DNA from: Octopus bimaculoides | Taxonomy: Eukaryota | DNA: 33,796 nucleotides | Assembly (NCBI RefSeq): GCF_001194135.2 | Contig: NC_068989.1 | Coordinates: 30,974,776 to 31,008,571, forward strand | Direction: 5' to 3' | Part shown: piece after piece, positions 31,190 to 33,796 of the stretch | How the letters are laid out: each line of letters starts with the position of its first letter | How positions within the stretch are numbered: the stretch's first letter is position 1 | Program-made: the position numbers and the translations under genes | The notes under the pieces: model-generated | What the model saw: the letters and a program-made list of their open reading frames with translations, nothing else | What the model was told of the DNA's origin: nothing | The model's database searches: none

Positions 31190-32660
31190 TCCAATAGTAC
31201 TGTATTTTGCAAGTGTTCCACCCTTATTGCAGCCCCTATTTGTTCCATGTACTCCTCAGGGCTCCGACAATTATTGATACTACTACCACCTTTTTCATTG
31301 ACCACAACTGCTTAACCTCCCAAACTAACCTGTCATATCTATCGACTTTTCTTTCTTCCTTATCGCATACCTTGTTGTCAGCTGGGCATGCTATATCTAT
31401 GATCTAGCATTGTTTGCTTTCTTTCTCAATTAACACTAAATCTGGCTTCCTATTCTCTATCTCATGGTCACACTGAATCATAAAATCCCATAGGATCTTT
31501 GCATTATTATTTTTGATGATGCCTTTGGGTTTATGTTCGTACCACTTTTTGCTCTGTCAAGTCCATACTTGTTGCAAAGTGTTCAATGGACAATCCTTGC
31601 TATATAGTCACGACGTTTCTTATATTCTTCTTGGGCTAGTGGCGTACATTGACTGGTAATATGCCATATGGTTTCACCATTTTGTTCACAAATTCTGCAC
31701 TTATCACTTTCTGATGTGTTGTCTATTCTGTATTTGATGTAATTCATTCTTAGTGCTTACTCTTGAGCAGCACAGATTAGAGCCTCCGTTTCCAGTTTTA
31801 AATCACTTTTAGTCATCCATAGCCATCTTTTTTCTCTGTCTATCTTATCTTCAACATCCCTATGAAATTGTCTATGCATTTATTTCTTTATCTACCTATT
31901 TTCAGTTTCATTCATTCTCAAGTGCTTGTACAGTGCTTTATCTTTGCAATCTTCCATTCTATGCAAGCTTGATCTTCTTACTTCCAATAATAGTGGTTCT
32001 GTGGCATTCTTTACATACCATGCTATGTTATTTTCTTCTGCTCTAACACTGTGTTTGCATCTAATCAGTCCTCTTCCCCCTCTTTTTCTTGGTATATACA
32101 ATCTGTTTGTGTCACTTTTTGGGTGGAGTATCTCATATCTGGTCAGCAACTTCCTTGTCTTTCTGTCTAAGTTGTTTAGTTTGTCTACTGTCCATGTAAT
32201 TACCCCTGCTCCATATCTAAGGAGTGAAACTGCCCAGGTGTTGATAGCTTCAATCTTATTCCGTCCATTTAATTTCAACTTGAGAATCAGTCTCAGTCTG
32301 CACAAGTACTCCACCTTAAATTTTTCTGTTATTTCTTTCTCCATTTCCAATATCCCCAAGTACTTATAGCCCATCTTTTCTATCTACTTCACAACCTCCC
32401 TTTACGGTATCGCTAGCCCATCCATACATTTGATTTTGCCTCTCTTCAACACTAACACACCACACTTTTTCAATCCAAACTCCATTCTGGTATCAGCACT
32501 GAAAGTATACACCATATCAACTAGGGAACTGATTTGGGATTCATCTTTACTATAAAGTTTGAGGTCATCCATGACTAACAAGTGGTTGACTTTTTCTTGG
32601 CAGCTTTTGAATACATACCCAGCCTTTGTTTTCCTCAGAATCAGTGTTAGTGGTATCATG
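31190..32660 (-). mobile_element. RLE-type (R4/Dong-like) non-LTR retrotransposon, 5'-truncated: RT, CCHC and RLE
   Basis: VNHLLVMDDLKLYS, YKYLGILE, LHPKSDTNRLYIPRKRGGRGLI, CRICEQNGETIWHITSQC and RKPDLVLIEKE...IIDIACPAD...KEERKVDRY. Confidence 0.92.
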
Positions 32661-32731
32661 CACAGTACAAAGGAAAAAAAAATTCAAAAATTCAATATAT
32701 ATATATGTATGTATGTATGTATATATAAATA

Positions 32732-33346
32732 CAGTGTACATTTAAACACATATGAGATGGCTATAATAGGACATCTAACCTGCTAGAAGGAGTAGTTAAA
32801 TTCCAAACCACTATTAGGGTAATTTCGAAAGGGAATGAAAAATAAAAACATTTATCATCAATTTCCTGTACCATGGTTTCAAGCTATCTTCAGCAAATAA
32901 AATAAGTTCCTAGGTCTAATTATCATCAGCAGGAAAGCCAAGATTAACATATAAATTTTTTTTGCTACCCTGAAATTTATTAATAATGATATAATGATTT
33001 CTTGGCTAATTTTTTTAAGAAAATCAGCATTTTTGTATTTGCTGCCGATAAGAAAACTGCGCTTGTGCGGTGGATTTGAAAAATTACAACAAGTAAGCAC
33101 AAGACATGTTCTGTATTGCCTCATATTTATATGTTAATCTTGGCTTTCCTGCTGATGATAGCTGCGCTTAGCAAATTATTTCATTTGCTGAAGTTAGCTT
33201 GAAACCATGGTACAGGAAATAGATGGTAAATATTTTTATTTTTCATTCCCTTTCGAAAATACCCTAATAGTGGTTTGGAATTTAACTACTCCTTCTAGCA
33301 GGTTAAATGTCCTATTATGGCCATCTCTTGTGTTTAAACTACACTG
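32732..33346. mobile_element. Tc1/mariner-type MITE with ~225-bp terminal inverted repeats
   Basis: TA|CAGTG...CACTG|TA. Arms 32732-32956 and 33125-33346 are near-identical reverse complements around a ~168-bp spacer. Confidence 0.9.
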
Positions 33347-33499
33347 TATTTATATGAATGATACATAATCTATTGACTAGTTTTTTCTTCTCGCTAGACC
33401 ACTGGTAGCAAAAAATTTCTAAATTTTTTTTGCTACCCTGAAATTTATTAATAATTATATATATATATATATTTGTTTTGCAAGATTTTTGATGTAAAA

Positions 33500-33796
33500 T
33501 CGTGTGTTGAAACAGATGTTGTTGTACTTGGGGATGGTCATATTGCCAGTTTAGCCAATAAAAACACACGCACTGTATATTTGGTGTTAATTTGCTTCAG
33601 CTTTATATTACATTAATCTTAATCTTATTTCGGCCAGAGTTCTTTCGTCACACTTCTGTGACCTCATCAGTGGTCCTTTGTTTCCTTCCTTCTTATGTGT
33701 GTCTCACCTTGCTAAATATCAGCCATTTTGTATTTTGTATTCCTATTGTATGTGTCTACGCATGCGTGTCTTTCAATGTGTCTGTGTCTTTTGTAA
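33500..33796 (-). mobile_element. Probable Penelope-like terminal repeat, truncated by the window end
   Basis: Contains a well-formed minimal hammerhead core and shares a terminal motif with 17011-17060. No coding region is visible. Confidence 0.5.
33632..33676 (-). ncRNA. Minimal type I hammerhead ribozyme with intact core
   Basis: GGACCA-CUGAUGA-G-GUCACA(GAAG)UGUGAC-GAAA-G-AA-CUC/UGGCC. All core nucleotides are present, with a 6-bp stem II and a GAAG tetraloop. Confidence 0.75.

Overview
AT-rich eukaryotic (animal) genomic DNA. From my recollection of its repeat families it looks like a coleoid cephalopod such as Octopus; this is inference. The + strand carries seven coding exons of a GALNT11/pgant35A-like polypeptide N-acetylgalactosaminyltransferase: 1560-1869, 12457-12538, 13668-13834, 20949-21061, 22021-22259, 23526-23643 and 30650-30802. 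All introns are GT-AG and phase-compatible, giving 394 codons; the lectin-domain exons lie beyond the window. The introns are a mosaic of transposon remnants: RTE LINEs with (GAT)n tails, R4/Dong-like RLE LINEs, Gypsy gag-protease, maT/Tc1, mariner, piggyBac, a hAT MITE, a long-TIR MITE, tRNA SINEs and Penelope-like ends. The most notable observations are three minimal hammerhead-ribozyme-like motifs, one of them inside a TSD-bounded tRNA-derived SINE; a three-level TE nest with a candidate Helitron end; internally deleted RTE copies; a PHD-like finger inside the RTE reverse transcriptase; and a perfect 154-bp local duplication. Two N gaps lie at 26641-26897 and 27511-28113. Most ORFs in the supplied track are TE debris or artefacts.
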